Below, piece by piece: positions 11,926-26,730 of a stretch of 64,000 nt of DNA. The first letter of the stretch is position 1. The number at the start of each line of letters is the position of its first letter. Source of the stretch: the human T2T-CHM13v2.0 reference genome, Homo sapiens. The position numbers and the translations under genes were made by a program. Under the pieces are notes generated by a model that saw nothing but the letters and a program-made list of their open reading frames with translations, made no database searches and was not told the origin of the DNA. The stretch is taken from assembly GCF_009914755.1 (NCBI RefSeq), contig NC_060939.1; one strand, 5' to 3'.

Positions 11926-12780
11926 TTTTTTTCTTCCCAGCTGATACCCAGATCTCTTTGTCTGTGGGTCTAAGTGATTACCTACAGTTAAGATAAGTAT
12001 TTCCTGTTAAAGGGAATGCATTGTCTGCTATAATGGTCCATTTTATCTTTGGAAAGTTCCAGTTATTTGAACCTTCTTCCAAACAGACAGCTAAAAGTTG
12101 CCCTTCTCAAAATAATTGTTAACAATCCTTTTTAGGATGGCATACAACAGACAACCAACATTTTGAAGATTATTATTATATTTATTTAAGTTGTCTTCTA
12201 ACCAAGAAAAAAATTTACAATGGTTATCTTCTGTGTGCCCAAGCTCATCAATGACCCCCAAAGTTCTGAATAGAACCCTCTTCTACAAGTGAGACTGGAA
12301 GAGCCCACAGATAGGCAGGATTATACTCCTCCTTCCTCTGGGTCATCTTTATTTGGCCAAGTCCCTTTTGCTTACTTATATAGTTATCCAGCTGACACAT
12401 ACACTACTTAGAAGTCAAATCATGCTATTTTTGTGCAACTGAGGTTTTGAACCCAGATGTAGAATTTATATTTGGCCAACAAACTCAGGCATCTGTAGTA
12501 AGTGACTATTTCCAAGATGTTATAATTTCCCTATTCTTACAATACAATTAATTCCTCAAAAATAATCAGAAATAAGTTTATGAACTGGCATTTCATAATT
12601 GAGACAATAAAAGTATTTCTTAATAGCTTTTTGAAAAGGATTTTAATTCCAACTATTTCTTTAAGGATCATCAATGTTCAGATACTACATATAAAAAGAT
12701 ATCATCATTTGATTATATCTACACACTCAAGTTTCAGAAAACAGCTTGATTTTACTTCTTATTTCTTCCTATTAGGCCAA

Positions 12781-13138
12781 TGAGTAATCTTGGACTATCC
12801 TTCTTCCTATGCCTGTGCTTGCCATTCAATTCATTCCATTTGGTATTGCCATGTAAGGATTTGCTCAATTTCTTCTTTTGATTACTATCTTTTCACTTTT
12901 CCCCCTTCCTTCCTTCCTTCCTTCCTTCCTTCCTTCCTTCCTTCCTCCTTCCCTCCTTCCCTCCCCCCTTCCTTCCATCCATCCTTCCTTTCCTTCCTTC
13001 TTTTTCTTCTTCCTTCATTTTTTTCTCTAAATCTTTGTTTAAGTAAAGTCAGTTTTTATAGTTATATGGGACAATAAGCATCTGAGAGAGGAAAACTCAA
13101 AGAAAGGTGCCGGCATATGACATTGTAAACTCGGCCCA
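12781..13138 (+). repeat. Local duplication, copy B, containing an expanded (TTCC)n at ~12903-13015
   Basis: Aligns with 11350-11602. Confidence 0.95.
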
Positions 13139-13829
13139 AGCCACTGCCTAAATAGATTAAAACTCACCCTCTTGACACCAGTTAACAATAAGCTATATTT
13201 CCTAATCTTCTTATTACTTTTTAAAATATTTACATCCCATTCCTTTCCTACCAAATATAGTTTTAGATGCTCACAATAAAAGAATAATGCAATCAGACTG
13301 AACCATTGTTGTCAAGTAAAAATAAAATCAAGGAATGGAAAAGGAAGTTATTCAAAGATACACATACCAATGGCACCAATAACATTAATGACTGCCTTTC
13401 CTTCTTTCTCAAACATCTCCACTTAGCATACTGGAATTCTCATTTTATGACCAGAAAATTCTTTATCTTCTGTTTTTCAGAAAATTCTCTTCTTTCCTTC
13501 ACTTTCTTCAGTTATTCCCAAATGAGCATGCACATTAAGCTCATGGGGAGAGATTGAAAAAAATGCTAATGTCCTGCAGTTTCCATCCACCCAATTAAGT
13601 CAGGTTTTGTAGAAACAGAACGGATCTTGAGGACACTGTCCCCTCTGCATTCTCTTAAAAAAAAAAAAGATTTTTTTTTTTCTCATTTTCAAATTCTTCA
13701 GTGGCAGAATTGTGGTCACTCTTCTTTTTACCATCATCCCTCCAGGCTCTTCTAAAATTTCCGGAACTGACTCTTCACCCTCTCCTTTTTTTTTTTTTTT
13801 TTTTCCTACAGATATCCTGACCTTGCACC

Positions 13830-15545
<1,716 letters not shown>

Positions 15546-15589
15546 GGTGTGTTTTGTGTACATTCAGTGTTCAGTGTGTACATGTTACT

Positions 15590-15825
15590 GGATGCAAGTA
15601 TTCAACACGTATTGCTTGTCAGGTACTGCAGAAAGAGGCTTGTATGAATCTAATTTAACTCCACTACAACCTGATATGGTAGGAACCACATTTATCCACA
15701 TTTTCCGAATAGGAACCCCCAGATTTAGAAAGTCAGGTAAATTGTCCGAAGTTACGTAATTAGTGGCAAAATCAGGCCTCAGCCCAATATTTGCTTAACT
15801 CTAAAGGCATATTCTTAAGTGCTTT
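15590..15825 (-). mobile_element. MIR
   Basis: ACAACCTGATATGGTAGGAACC..CCACATTTTCCGAATAGGAA..GTAAATTGTCCGAAGTTAC..AGTGGCAAAATCAGG. Confidence 0.7.
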
Positions 15826-17422
15826 TTTATTAAGTTTGTTCTTAATCCTCCTGCCAGCTTAAAACATCTACCGTCAAAGCCAAAAGATGGATATAGCAGA
15901 CGTTAGCTCTTGGAAAGCTCCTGGTAATGGGAGGGACAAAAGTACATGGCCTTTTCCTTTCTAAGGCTCTCAATTTGGTGAAATAAATTTATATGGAGCA
16001 TGAAATAAATTGTGTCTAAGCCTCAGTATAACTTTATGTTCAAACATTCTCTGTTGTGCCTGTAAATTTCTGTAGATAAGTGGTGAGAAAAAGATTTGCT
16101 GTCCTTGAAACTTGGAAGAAGATACAGAATAATCATCTTAAAAATGCCCAATCTAATCTTTGTTTTCCTGAAAAATAAGGCATAGTGTAGAAATAAAAAG
16201 GAAAACTTAAATACCCTTATACATAGAAAGTAGTTGGTTAATTGTATTTTTATAAAAATACTATCCCCATATTTGTTTTTCATAGCCACCACATTTGTTG
16301 CTATGGGTTATTCAGTGCATACCATGCTTTGCTTGGCCTGTTACCATCAACGTCCTATCTGAATTATCATCCCTTCACTAATCAATTACCTCTTACTTTT
16401 CACAAATATAGATCTAATCATATTACTTCCCGGCCAGAAACCTCCCCTATTTCTCTAGCTGTTATAAGATACAATATAGTTTTCTATAAACAGCATATGA
16501 AGTGTTTACTGAGCTAGTTTCCAACAAATCTTCCATTCATATCTCCCTTCACTTAACACCTTTTTTTTCCTTCTTTCTCATTCTGGTCATATATATCACG
16601 TAACCTGTAGATAATAGTTGCAAGTTTTTAATCCAATCTATCATTATCAAACTTTATAAATATGTGGGCATGTATTCTTGGATACGTTTTGCAAGCTCTC
16701 TAAGCTTTAGAAATATTCTCCGCTATAAAATTGGAATAATAATAATATTATTTACCTTGAGGGATTCTGTGAGCATTCGACATTTATTGGACCATACATA
16801 TTTTCATACCTACACACATACACATATATTTACTATCCATATGCATCCAAACATATTTACAGAAGGCATATGCCCATTAAGGGACCTATAAAAAATAGCA
16901 GCAACTCTTATTAATTTTGTCACAGAAATCATTTCCTTTCTTGTAATTAGTGCGTCACAATACTCATCACTGTATATCTCCTCCATAAAGCTTGTCACAT
17001 GTCCCCTCTGGATCTTCCCAGCTCTTCCTATTTATGGCCGTGATAAGGCATTTTCTCCTTGGTTGTGACTGCTAGCTTATGTAACTAACTGTCCCACTAA
17101 CATAGCCAGAATCTGATCCCCGGAAGGAAAGTGGCAAGAGTGTTTCCCTCGATCAGATTCGCAGAGTGCTTACACTAAAGAGTTTTACGTTCCTCAAAGT
17201 CATCAGGAAAAGTGTGAATTAGCTGGCCCTGGAGCACCTGAGACAGACAAGCTGTCTACTCTTGCTCAGCTTTCTGTAAAAACAGGAAAACTGCCTTGTG
17301 GAAAGGTGAGTGTCCCCCTCTCCAGGAAGCCCTCTGTCTGCATGCCACCCTCCTTCATTTTGCCACACCCTGAGCTGCTTTTCTCCTGAGCTCCTCCACT
17401 TGTGTGTATTTCTCATTAAGAC

Positions 17423-17510
17423 CCTCTCTCTCCCTCTCTCTCCCTCTCTCTCCCTCTCTCTCCCTCTCTCTCCCTCTCTCTCCCTCTCTCTCCCTCTCTC
17501 TCCTTCTCTC
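17423..17510. repeat. (CTCTCTCTCC)n decamer polypyrimidine tandem repeat
   Basis: About 8 near-perfect units. Confidence 0.95.
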
Positions 17511-17742
17511 ACTCTGCCTCCTTTTCTTTTTTTTTTTTCCTTTTTTATATTCCTCCACCCCCCACTCTTTCTGTCAGTCTTGTCCGTTTCTATACCATTT
17601 CCATGGTAAGGTGTTCCCTGTCTCCTGTCCAGCCTGCGCTGGTCTGGCCACCTCCCTCTGCTCACTCACGGTCTCTTGCTAGTAGTGGTCTAAGGATGAT
17701 GATCTAATTTAGAATTCTATGCTTTAGAAAAGAAACAGGATC

Positions 17743-17935
17743 GCTGGGTGTGGTGGTGCACACCTGCAGTCCCAGCTACTCAGGAAGCTGAGGCATGAGA
17801 ATCACTTGAACCTGGGAAGCAGAGGCTGCAGTGAGCCAAGATCACACTGCTGCACTCCAGCCTGGGTGACAGAGCAAGATTCTGTCTCAAAAAAAAAAAA
17901 AAAAAAAAACGAGAAAGAAAATTAAAAAAAAAAAA
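17743..17935 (+). mobile_element. Alu right monomer (5'-truncated Alu or FRAM) with A-tail
   Basis: GCTGGGTGTGGTGGTGCACACCTG..GAGGCTGCAGTGAGCCAAGATC..CAGCCTGGGTGACAGAGCAAGA-polyA; TSD-like AAAAGAAAC(A)GG. Confidence 0.93.
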
Positions 17936-20900
17936 GAAACGGTAAGAAAAGAGTACAATTTTTTTTCTCTCCCAGCACATCATAATTATAGCAAGTTATT
18001 TCTGTTAATCAGCTCACAGAACACAAACAAGTGGTTCAGGAGAGGCAAGGTGCGTTTGGCCATGAAAGGCCAGGGTTCACAAGGTATCCAGAGAGGGCTT
18101 TGTCAGATCACACCATCAGACACATAACAGGGCAATTTCTCTTTCTTAGCCTTAACCCTCAGCTGGGAGTTAGTGTAGGGAAGGCCTTGCTCTTCACAAA
18201 CACTCCAGGATAAGGCGATAAGAAGATTACAAGTAAAGCCTCTCTTTAGCTATTCCACATCTCCTGTCAGACAGAGCAAGTTAAATTACAGTGCAGGCCA
18301 CAAATGCATTGATCATCCACTAGGCTTGTACTACCCAGGATTTTAAAGATCCATGCCAAGGATAAGTGACGTCATCCAGCAAAGTTTATTTTAGCAAGGA
18401 GGGTAAGCCAAGTGCAAGGAGGTGAGGTTCTGGGAGACGGCCCTAACTCTCCAATGCTGAGTTCAATTCATATGTAATCTTCATCAGTGAATATTTCCTT
18501 ACAGCCCATGAGAGGTGTTGAGAGAACACATGGATGATACAGCCTGTGCTCTGAAATGACTTACATATGTCTCTCTCAGCCTCCAGCCCCTCCCTCATCT
18601 TATAAATCCAGTCTCAAAACACAGAATACATCCCTAAAAATGGCATATTTCCTACTTAGAATTACTTTGTAAGTGTTCATGATGAAGCATGGCCTAAGTC
18701 ATATGAAATTTTAGATCCTCTATTCTTTATGCATAAAATGTAAAGTTTCTCTGTTCGGACACAATGTTCTCTTATAATAAGCTTCAGTTATCCCCTTTCA
18801 GCCCATAAAACACATCGTGTACTTTAACAAAGATATAAAATTCTTTAAATGATTTTGATAGTCCATTCATACAAAGAAGATAGGCCTTTTTGAGGCTATA
18901 ACAAGAAAAAAAAAGATAAATCATTAGAAACACTTAAAAATTCTGTACATGACTCTCTTCTTTATTAAAAAGACCCATTGTAAATTGGAAAGTTCCGAAG
19001 TCTTTGTGGTGAGGGAGAATGAATTATAATGACATCACTGGGTCGTGAACTAGGCCCACTGGCTACTTTCCAGAATGAAATTGACTAGGAGAGATCAGAT
19101 GAGCCCATTCGTAGCACAAGACATCTGGGAGGCAGCCAGGGAATCGAGGTTCAAGCCCCCTATTTAGGACACACTTCCTCTTCCTCTTCATCATCAAATA
19201 CGATCGTGATTTCCCAGGCAAGGCAGCTAGCATAGCAATGCATTTCAATTCATATTCTAAAGAACACCCAAAAAGTTCTTTGTACTCATTCCTCAGTGAA
19301 AGACCTCATGAAAAATATTAACATGTCAACATCTGGCTGACACCTTTGGTACATTTTCATCATGTTGCTGATGGGAAGCATTTTGCCTTCAAATAAGCAT
19401 AATTTGCCAGTCTTTTCCATCTCCTTTTTTGTCTCTCTCCCAGAGTAATAAATGGTGTCTGAAGCCCAAGAGAAACTCATTTCTGTTAACAGATCATTTG
19501 TAAACCTTTAAGGGCAGCTAGTGAGAAAGGGGCATTTTTTTCTTCTGTCTTAACTTTCCTGGTTGTCTTTCTAAATGCAAAATGACACCTCATTCAACGC
19601 TTTCTGGTGTCATCTTAATCTCCCTTATTTTACACTTTCTACCTTTTTGATATTTGCTATAGACTGCATGGAGGCTTTTTACCTAATACTGTGATACCTA
19701 TTATCTGAGGCATTTAGGTATATAGGCTCTTGCCAGCTAAGAATAATGCAGATCAATTGGATGTCAGCAGCCCAATAAAGTCAGATAGTTTATATATATA
19801 TATATATATTTTTTTTTTCAGGGCGGAAAAAAAAGCTATCTCCCCACCTGACCTTACAGCCAGCACATTTCAATATTAATATATTTTATGCATGCATATG
19901 ATAACGTTTTACTTTCCTTATGGTTCTGTGGGGAAGTCTCACTTCCCTCTGCAGAGGATTATTACCTATTCTGAGGGATTATGATTATAGATACTTACTA
20001 AGACAAGAATAATTGACCATAAAAAACCTTTTATATTCCCACAATTATTTTTGCATTGACTAAAAGTGTCAAGAAAATCTGATTTTATTAGCAGGCCTCT
20101 AATTTTGCCTTCATTTAATTTTTTATCTGGCTTTCTCCCCCCAATATGTTTTTAGTCTGAGATATCTGGCAGTTGTACAAAAGAACAATTTGTTACAGAA
20201 CCTTTACCAAATGGAAGTTCTATAATCCAAGCATAACATGAAGCATCAAATAAAATAAAAATGTATGAGATCAGTAAAGGGGGCATGCTCCAAGGTAAGG
20301 AACCGATCTAGAGCCTAGAAAAAAAGAAGTTTAAATCAAAATGTGACTGCTCGGCTATGAAGTAAGTCTGTGGAACAAAGGGTCAAATGCAGCTTTGACC
20401 TTTCATTCCCCTCCACCCACCAATAGGTCAGATCCCGTCAGCACTGAGCCTATTTCCAGTAAGGAGCAAGAAGCAGAGCTATGTGTATTAAGAAGCAGTG
20501 TGGAAAACTCTAGAGGACACTTGAGGGGAAGAAGGAGAAAATACACTTGGTCTTCCGGAAGTAGGGATGGAGTGGGCAGAAGAAGTAGAAGTGACACGGT
20601 ACCCATTTGACCCTTGAAAACAAAACCAGCTCTGGTAACCTCATTTGCTTCTTTCCCCGCCTCTGTCCCTCAAATATTAGAAACAAGACAAATCCAAGAT
20701 CACAAATGGATATTGTGGTTAAAGGCATGACTGCAACTGGAAAGAACTCAGGCTAAAACAAGGAGGAAAAGTGTTCCACTTCTACTACTAATTGATAGAG
20801 GATTGTTGGCAACTCCCTTCTGGCACCAACATTCTGTTGATTCTAAACGTATTCCCTTTTCAGATGACAGATGATGCAGTGGAAAGGAGAAGTGGGAGTC

Positions 20901-22828
20901 ATATAGTATCCATTTGGCCCCTGCAAACAAAACACATCCTGGTTAGCTCCTGTATATACATAGTGGGTCTTAACTTTTCAGATTTCCCTGAAATCAACAA
21001 TGAGAACCTACAAAAAGGAAGAATCACTGGAACCTTATAGTCTGTCTCAAGACACCAATGAGGCACCTACAGGCGGGCCCAGTCATCTTCCCCAAGTGAT
21101 GTGAATGGAGATCGGTGGCCATTGATCACCCATTCTCAGCTTCATATCTTATTTCTTGTCTACCAACAGAGGGTATCATGGTGAAGAAACTCTCTCAGCT
21201 CTTTGAGGAATGCATGTTCATGGGAAGAGACTAATTCCTGTTCATTCCAAAGTTAACGGAGGGCCAGAATGAGGACTTCAAGAAAATAACATGTAGAGCT
21301 TGGGGGCCCCTTTGACAAAGGGAAACTGACTTCTTGCTCTCCCTCTAGATGCATGCTGGAGCCAAGAAGCTGCAGCACATTTCAGTGTTGCCGTGACAGA
21401 GAAGAGGATCGTGATGAGGGGGAGTTTTGCAAGACTTGACATGTGCTTATTTGAGTTTCTAAGTGAAGTGTCCATTAAGACTGTGCCCAAGATTGGTCAA
21501 AAGAGGACATCAGACATAAGAAGTCTACTGGGAAGCCAGTCAGATTGCCCTATGAGGGTGGGGCTGCTGGGGCTGTGGTGTGAAATGTACCTGGGAAGAT
21601 GATGGAGGAATCTTTTCTCTTTACCCTCCAGTGGTTTCCTTGGCCCTCAGAGTGTGCAAAGAGGACTCGGTGGTTCTTATGTTTCCACCTGAGAAAGTAG
21701 GGAGATTAAATGGGTCAGAAGGCTGCTAGGCTAATCCGGAGGGGGATAAAAACTTCTGGAGATGTCAAAGGAATGTGCAGATCTTCAGAAAAAGGTGTAG
21801 GTGGTTAAGCTCCACCAACTCAGGGAGAAAGCCTACATCATGAGTGATAGTTGCTGAAGAGAATCAGTGAAGCCAAAGACTCTGCCCCAACCTGACCCAG
21901 CAATTTAGATAAATCCTTCTTCTTTCTCCCTTGTGCTTGACATCCTCCCTTCAACACTAGAAGGTCATTCAAGGACAGGGGAGGCCAAATGTGCTTTCAA
22001 TTCTTCCTGGTCTCAGTCAGACCAGGAGCGCCAGAAGAGCTTGACCAAGAACAGGGAGAAGAATGAGATGGTAGAGGAAAACTCTTTTCTCCCTTTTCTA
22101 ACCCAAGCAGCTAGGGTCTAGTCTTTTCTAGAAGCCATTGGTGGAAAGGAGTAGAAGAAATTTAAAACCAATACGAGACGTTAATTTAAAAATAGGCTAA
22201 ATTTAGTTTTATATCTGTGAGGGACTGGAAAGCTGTAGGATAGTGCCAAGGTATTTTTTTTTTTAATGTGAAACGGGATTCCGACATAACATGGTTGAAG
22301 GTCAGGAATGGAAAATAAAATAAAATCACAATCAACAAAATCGAACCTGTTTTGTTTCATATCCAATTTTAACTTACTCAATAAACCAGTTACAGGTTTA
22401 AGAGTTTAACTACCCTACCTGCCAATCTAACCAAAATAACTGCCTTCTGAACTGTTCAATAATTTAATATAAGCAACAGGAATATATAATTAGGTTGTTA
22501 AGGGATTATTTGCTGTATAACTAGTTGTTGATGGTTACAAAGCAAAGTGTGACTGCTTTGTCAATTTCAGTTATGTACTTGGGAAGAAAGTCCCTTGCTT
22601 CCATACAACCTTATTTATTTAGGAGCACTCATTGTCATTTCTTGCAGGTCCTTCCAATTGTCAGGTTTCATTTAAGAGGGACAATTGTAAGAACAACCTA
22701 TAAATAAACACACATCACTGGTTTCATCCTCAAAATAGATAAGGAATCATACCTTGCATTATGCATTCTGCTAAGTCTTTTTTGGTACCTCAGGGAATAA
22801 AATGATAACTTGACAATTTTATCATATA

Positions 22829-23156
22829 CAGTCATGGGCTGCATAACATCATTTCAGTCAACAATGGATTGCATAAACAACAGTGGTCATATAAGATTAT
22901 AAGATTAGATTTTTACTGTACCTTTTCTGTGTTTAGATATGTTTAGATACACAAATACTTACCATTGTGTTACAATTGCATACGGTGCTGTACATGTTTA
23001 TAGCCTAGGAGAAAAGGCCATACCATACAGCCTAGGTGTGTAGTCAGCTATGCCATCTACATTTGTGTAAGGACGTTCTATGATGTTCACACATCGACAA
23101 AATAGCCAACGATATGCTTCTCAGAATATATCCCTGACGTTAAGTGATGTATGATG
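22829..23156 (+). mobile_element. Tigger3a (MER7A-like) MITE
   Basis: TA-CAGTCATG..ATAAGATTATAA..TTTAGATATGTTTAGATACACAAATACTTACCATTGTGTTACAATTGC..TAGCCTAGGAG..GTTAAGTGATGTATGA. Confidence 0.88.
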
Positions 23157-24032
23157 ATTTAATTGAAGGAAAGATAAACATGAGATAGATACTTCAGGGT
23201 AATTAGCAGAAGTTTGCTGTGGTCAGCAAATTCACCAGGCCATTTTCAAAACTCCAAGATATTTGGTGGAGTATAAACATGATCACCATCATAACCAAAC
23301 AAGAAGCTGTCCACTTAGGTGTCTCTAAGCAATGAATTCACTGGTGTCAATTTGTTGACACTCATTTATCACATATTTCCTATTGAACACAAACCCTGAG
23401 GTCATAACCAGGAGCTACTTACATCTCCACTTCCTACCAAACCCAAGGAGGGGTCTAATTGCCTTGGCCTGTGGTCTCTGGCACCCACACCAACCTTGAT
23501 TCTGAACATGAAGGCATATTTGGTTTTCCTAGTCTTTGACTTATATCAATTCAGTATTCCAAAAGAAGATCCTGCTCTTACCTACGGCACGCTAGATCTG
23601 TAGTCCTTTAGAACATTTCCTTCTCATTATTTTACCTGTATTCTTGACCCCTTCTGTCCCTAAACCATAGCCTCAAGAATGGACCATAACTAAATATGGT
23701 AAATTGCTATGGTTTTCACGGCAGAGCAGTGGATCAGTAAGAAATGTTCCTAATATCTCAAATAACCTGAAATTAATTCACTCATACAGTCATCAAATCC
23801 TGCTTCAGTTGGTCTCAATGAATAAAATACTAGTGTTTGGATACCACCTTATTTACTTCTCCCTCATCCTAGAAAACTATTGCCTGATAATGCCCATAGG
23901 TACATAGAAGATACCATACACTTATAACCAGCAGGTTTTTAAAACTTAAACAGGAATAGGGAGCCTAGAGTCCTATACTTGGGCTTTAGAGTTGGACAGA
24001 TTGAGCTCTAAATCCTAGTTCTACCAATTTTC

Positions 24033-24353
<321 letters not shown>

Positions 24354-25299
24354 TAGTTCTTCCAATTTTCAATGTGTGGACTTGGGCAAGTCACTTAAAC
24401 TCTCTGCACTTTGTTTATAAAATGGGAGCAATAATGTCTTCCTGATTGGGTCGTTTCAAGGATTAATGAAATGGAATAAAGAATACATGCCTAGATTCCA
24501 CAGCAACATCGTTTTTGGTCTGAATTCAGGGTCCCTCACTTACCAGGTGTGATCTGCGGGCAAGTAACAAATATTTAACTTCTCTCTCCTCCAATTTATC
24601 ATCTATTAAATGAGAATGCTAATAGTAACCATGTCATTGAATTACTTTGAGTGTTAATTCAGTTAGTATTGACAAAGTGTTTACAAAGTGCCTGGCCATG
24701 GTAAATGTTCAATAAATGTAAGCCGTTGTAAATGATATTATTGTAATATAGTATTGCTTATATTACTACCCATAATAACCAAGATCATGAGGTGAATGTT
24801 AACAGTCTTCTTGGCAGATTTGACTTGAAATCAACTACAGTCCACTGATTGAAGGGTGTTAAACCCAAAGGCTGAGGGACAAAGTGTCTAATGTGACCCC
24901 CTAAATGGGGACACTTTGGGAACCTTTAAAATGAATAAATCGTATTATAAATAAATAAATAAATAAATAAATATATATATAAAGTTGAAGGTACTACAGG
25001 TAATACCAGGATTAAAGGATAAAACAGTCTCTTGTTTCTCTAGTGGTATAATGAAAGTAAAATATGTACAAAAATATCTCCAATGCAAAGCAGGAAGTAG
25101 TAAATGTCAAAGACATCCACAGATGTGGTACAATTAAAGTGCTAAGGCGGTAGAGGGTTTCCTGTATAAGGAACCAGAAAGGGTTCTGCAGAGGAAGTGG
25201 CATTTCTTGACAACTTCTAGCTTCTGTTAAAGGCCCTTCTGCTGACCACTAACCCTCTCCTCATTACCACAGGGTAAGAGTTACCCCATGCCAAGAATG

Positions 25300-25565
25300 C
25301 TCACTTTCCTTCCCCTGCTTGGTGAGCAAGTGCTCATCTTGTAAGACCTCATCAAGGGTTACTTCCCTGATCCCCTTTCTCCAATAAATTCGGCCCTCCT
25401 TTATTTGGGAACACATGACTTTGTACCAACGTCTCTCTCTCTTGATCTTGTAATTCATGTTAGCTTTTCTGTAGTTTTCACTGGACTGTGATTTCTGTAA
25501 GGGCGTGGACAATGCTTTGAATTCTCAGTGCCAAGAGATTTAAAATTTTTTGGAGTGAATGAACT
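25300..25565 (+). mobile_element. L2 3' end
   Basis: CACTGGACTGTGATTTCTGTAAGGGCGTGGAC..CTCAGTGCC..GAGTGAATGAA tail. Confidence 0.6.
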
Positions 25566-26359
25566 CTGCTTTTTACAATGAAGAAATCTAAAGAAAAGAA
25601 AAAAAATTATTGCTCTCAGTGAGCAGAAGCGTGGAAGAAAGGGAGGGGGAAAGAGCTAGTTGTTTGCGATTGGCTGATGCTGTGTAATCTGATTTAATTG
25701 TCAGGATCCAAAGATTTTTAGTTGGCATTCCTATCTCCTTTTACCCTGTGGATGCTGAGATTGAGAGAAATTAAAGGCCTTGTCTAAAGCCACAGAGCTG
25801 TGAAACTGAGTAACTGGGATTTAAGCCCAGGTGGTTTCCTTCACTGCGTGATGCTCCCAAATGGAGAAATCCATCATTATGATGTTACTAGGCTGTAAAA
25901 AAGAAAACAGCCACTTGGACACAGTCTAAAGAGTCTTTTCTACCTCCCCTCAGGACCACCATGGAGTCTGATCTTTTTAATAAAATAAAATAAAATAAAA
26001 TTTGCCTACCTGGAGAACGGGTAATCGATTCCTGAGGGAAGAAAACCAGTGTTTCTCTCTTTCTTATTCTGTCCCCTCTTCCTCAATCTCTCCTTCAACC
26101 TCTCTGCCTCCACTCCTCTCTCTGATATGGAAGAGTTTAACTTCCTAAAGTGATGACGATAATTGAGTCAAACCTCTGCTAGGATGTTGGTTTATCCCCT
26201 CAGGAGTCTGACCTGAGCTTCAGTTCGTAGGATAACATACAATTTAAATTTTGATTTAAATTTCCTATATAATGGGAAATAAGCCAAGCTGAAATTTTGT
26301 TTAAAAAATTGTTTTTTCAGGAAAAATCAGAGATAAATGATTTATAAGATAAAATAGAC

Positions 26360-26730
26360 ATTATTTATAATTAAGAAAAACTAGAAATAACGTCAACATT
26401 CAATAATAGAAGTTTAATAAACTATGGTAACTTATAGGATGCAATATTCTATATTTATTTAAAATGTTTCCAAAGAATATAGAAGAAATGGAGTATGGTT
26501 GTGATATATTACTAATTCAGACATCAAAATACAAAGAAAGCAAAATTTTAATTTTATAAAGCTAATATATACATAAATGTGTATATATTTGGAGAAAAAT
26601 TATGAAAAGATTGGAAGATGATACACTAGAACATTAACAATGGCTAGTTCTGGTTGATTTTAGCTGGTGATTCTATAGTTTTCTAATTTTCTACAATTAA
26701 CATGGAATACTTTTGCAATCAGAAAATAAT
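26360..26730 (+). mobile_element. L1ME4/L1MC5-like 3' end
   Basis: AATAAACTATGGTA..ATTGGAAGATGATACAC..ATTAACAATGGCTAG..TTTTCTACAATTAACATG..TACTTTTGCAATCAGAAAA. Confidence 0.65.

Noticed and set aside
11990-12600. Possible L3/CR1 remnant
   Set aside because: Similarity too faint to support by eye
17230-17311. Strong splice donors (AAG/GTGAGT at 17303; also 53415 and 54781) as lncRNA exons
   Set aside because: Isolated donor consensus matches are expected by chance in 64 kb; no matched acceptors or transcript evidence
19090-19165. tRNA-like B-box GGTTCAAGCCC at 19148-19158
   Set aside because: I could not build a convincing A-box spacing or cloverleaf; at most an ancient SINE head. tRNAscan-SE/Dfam would settle it
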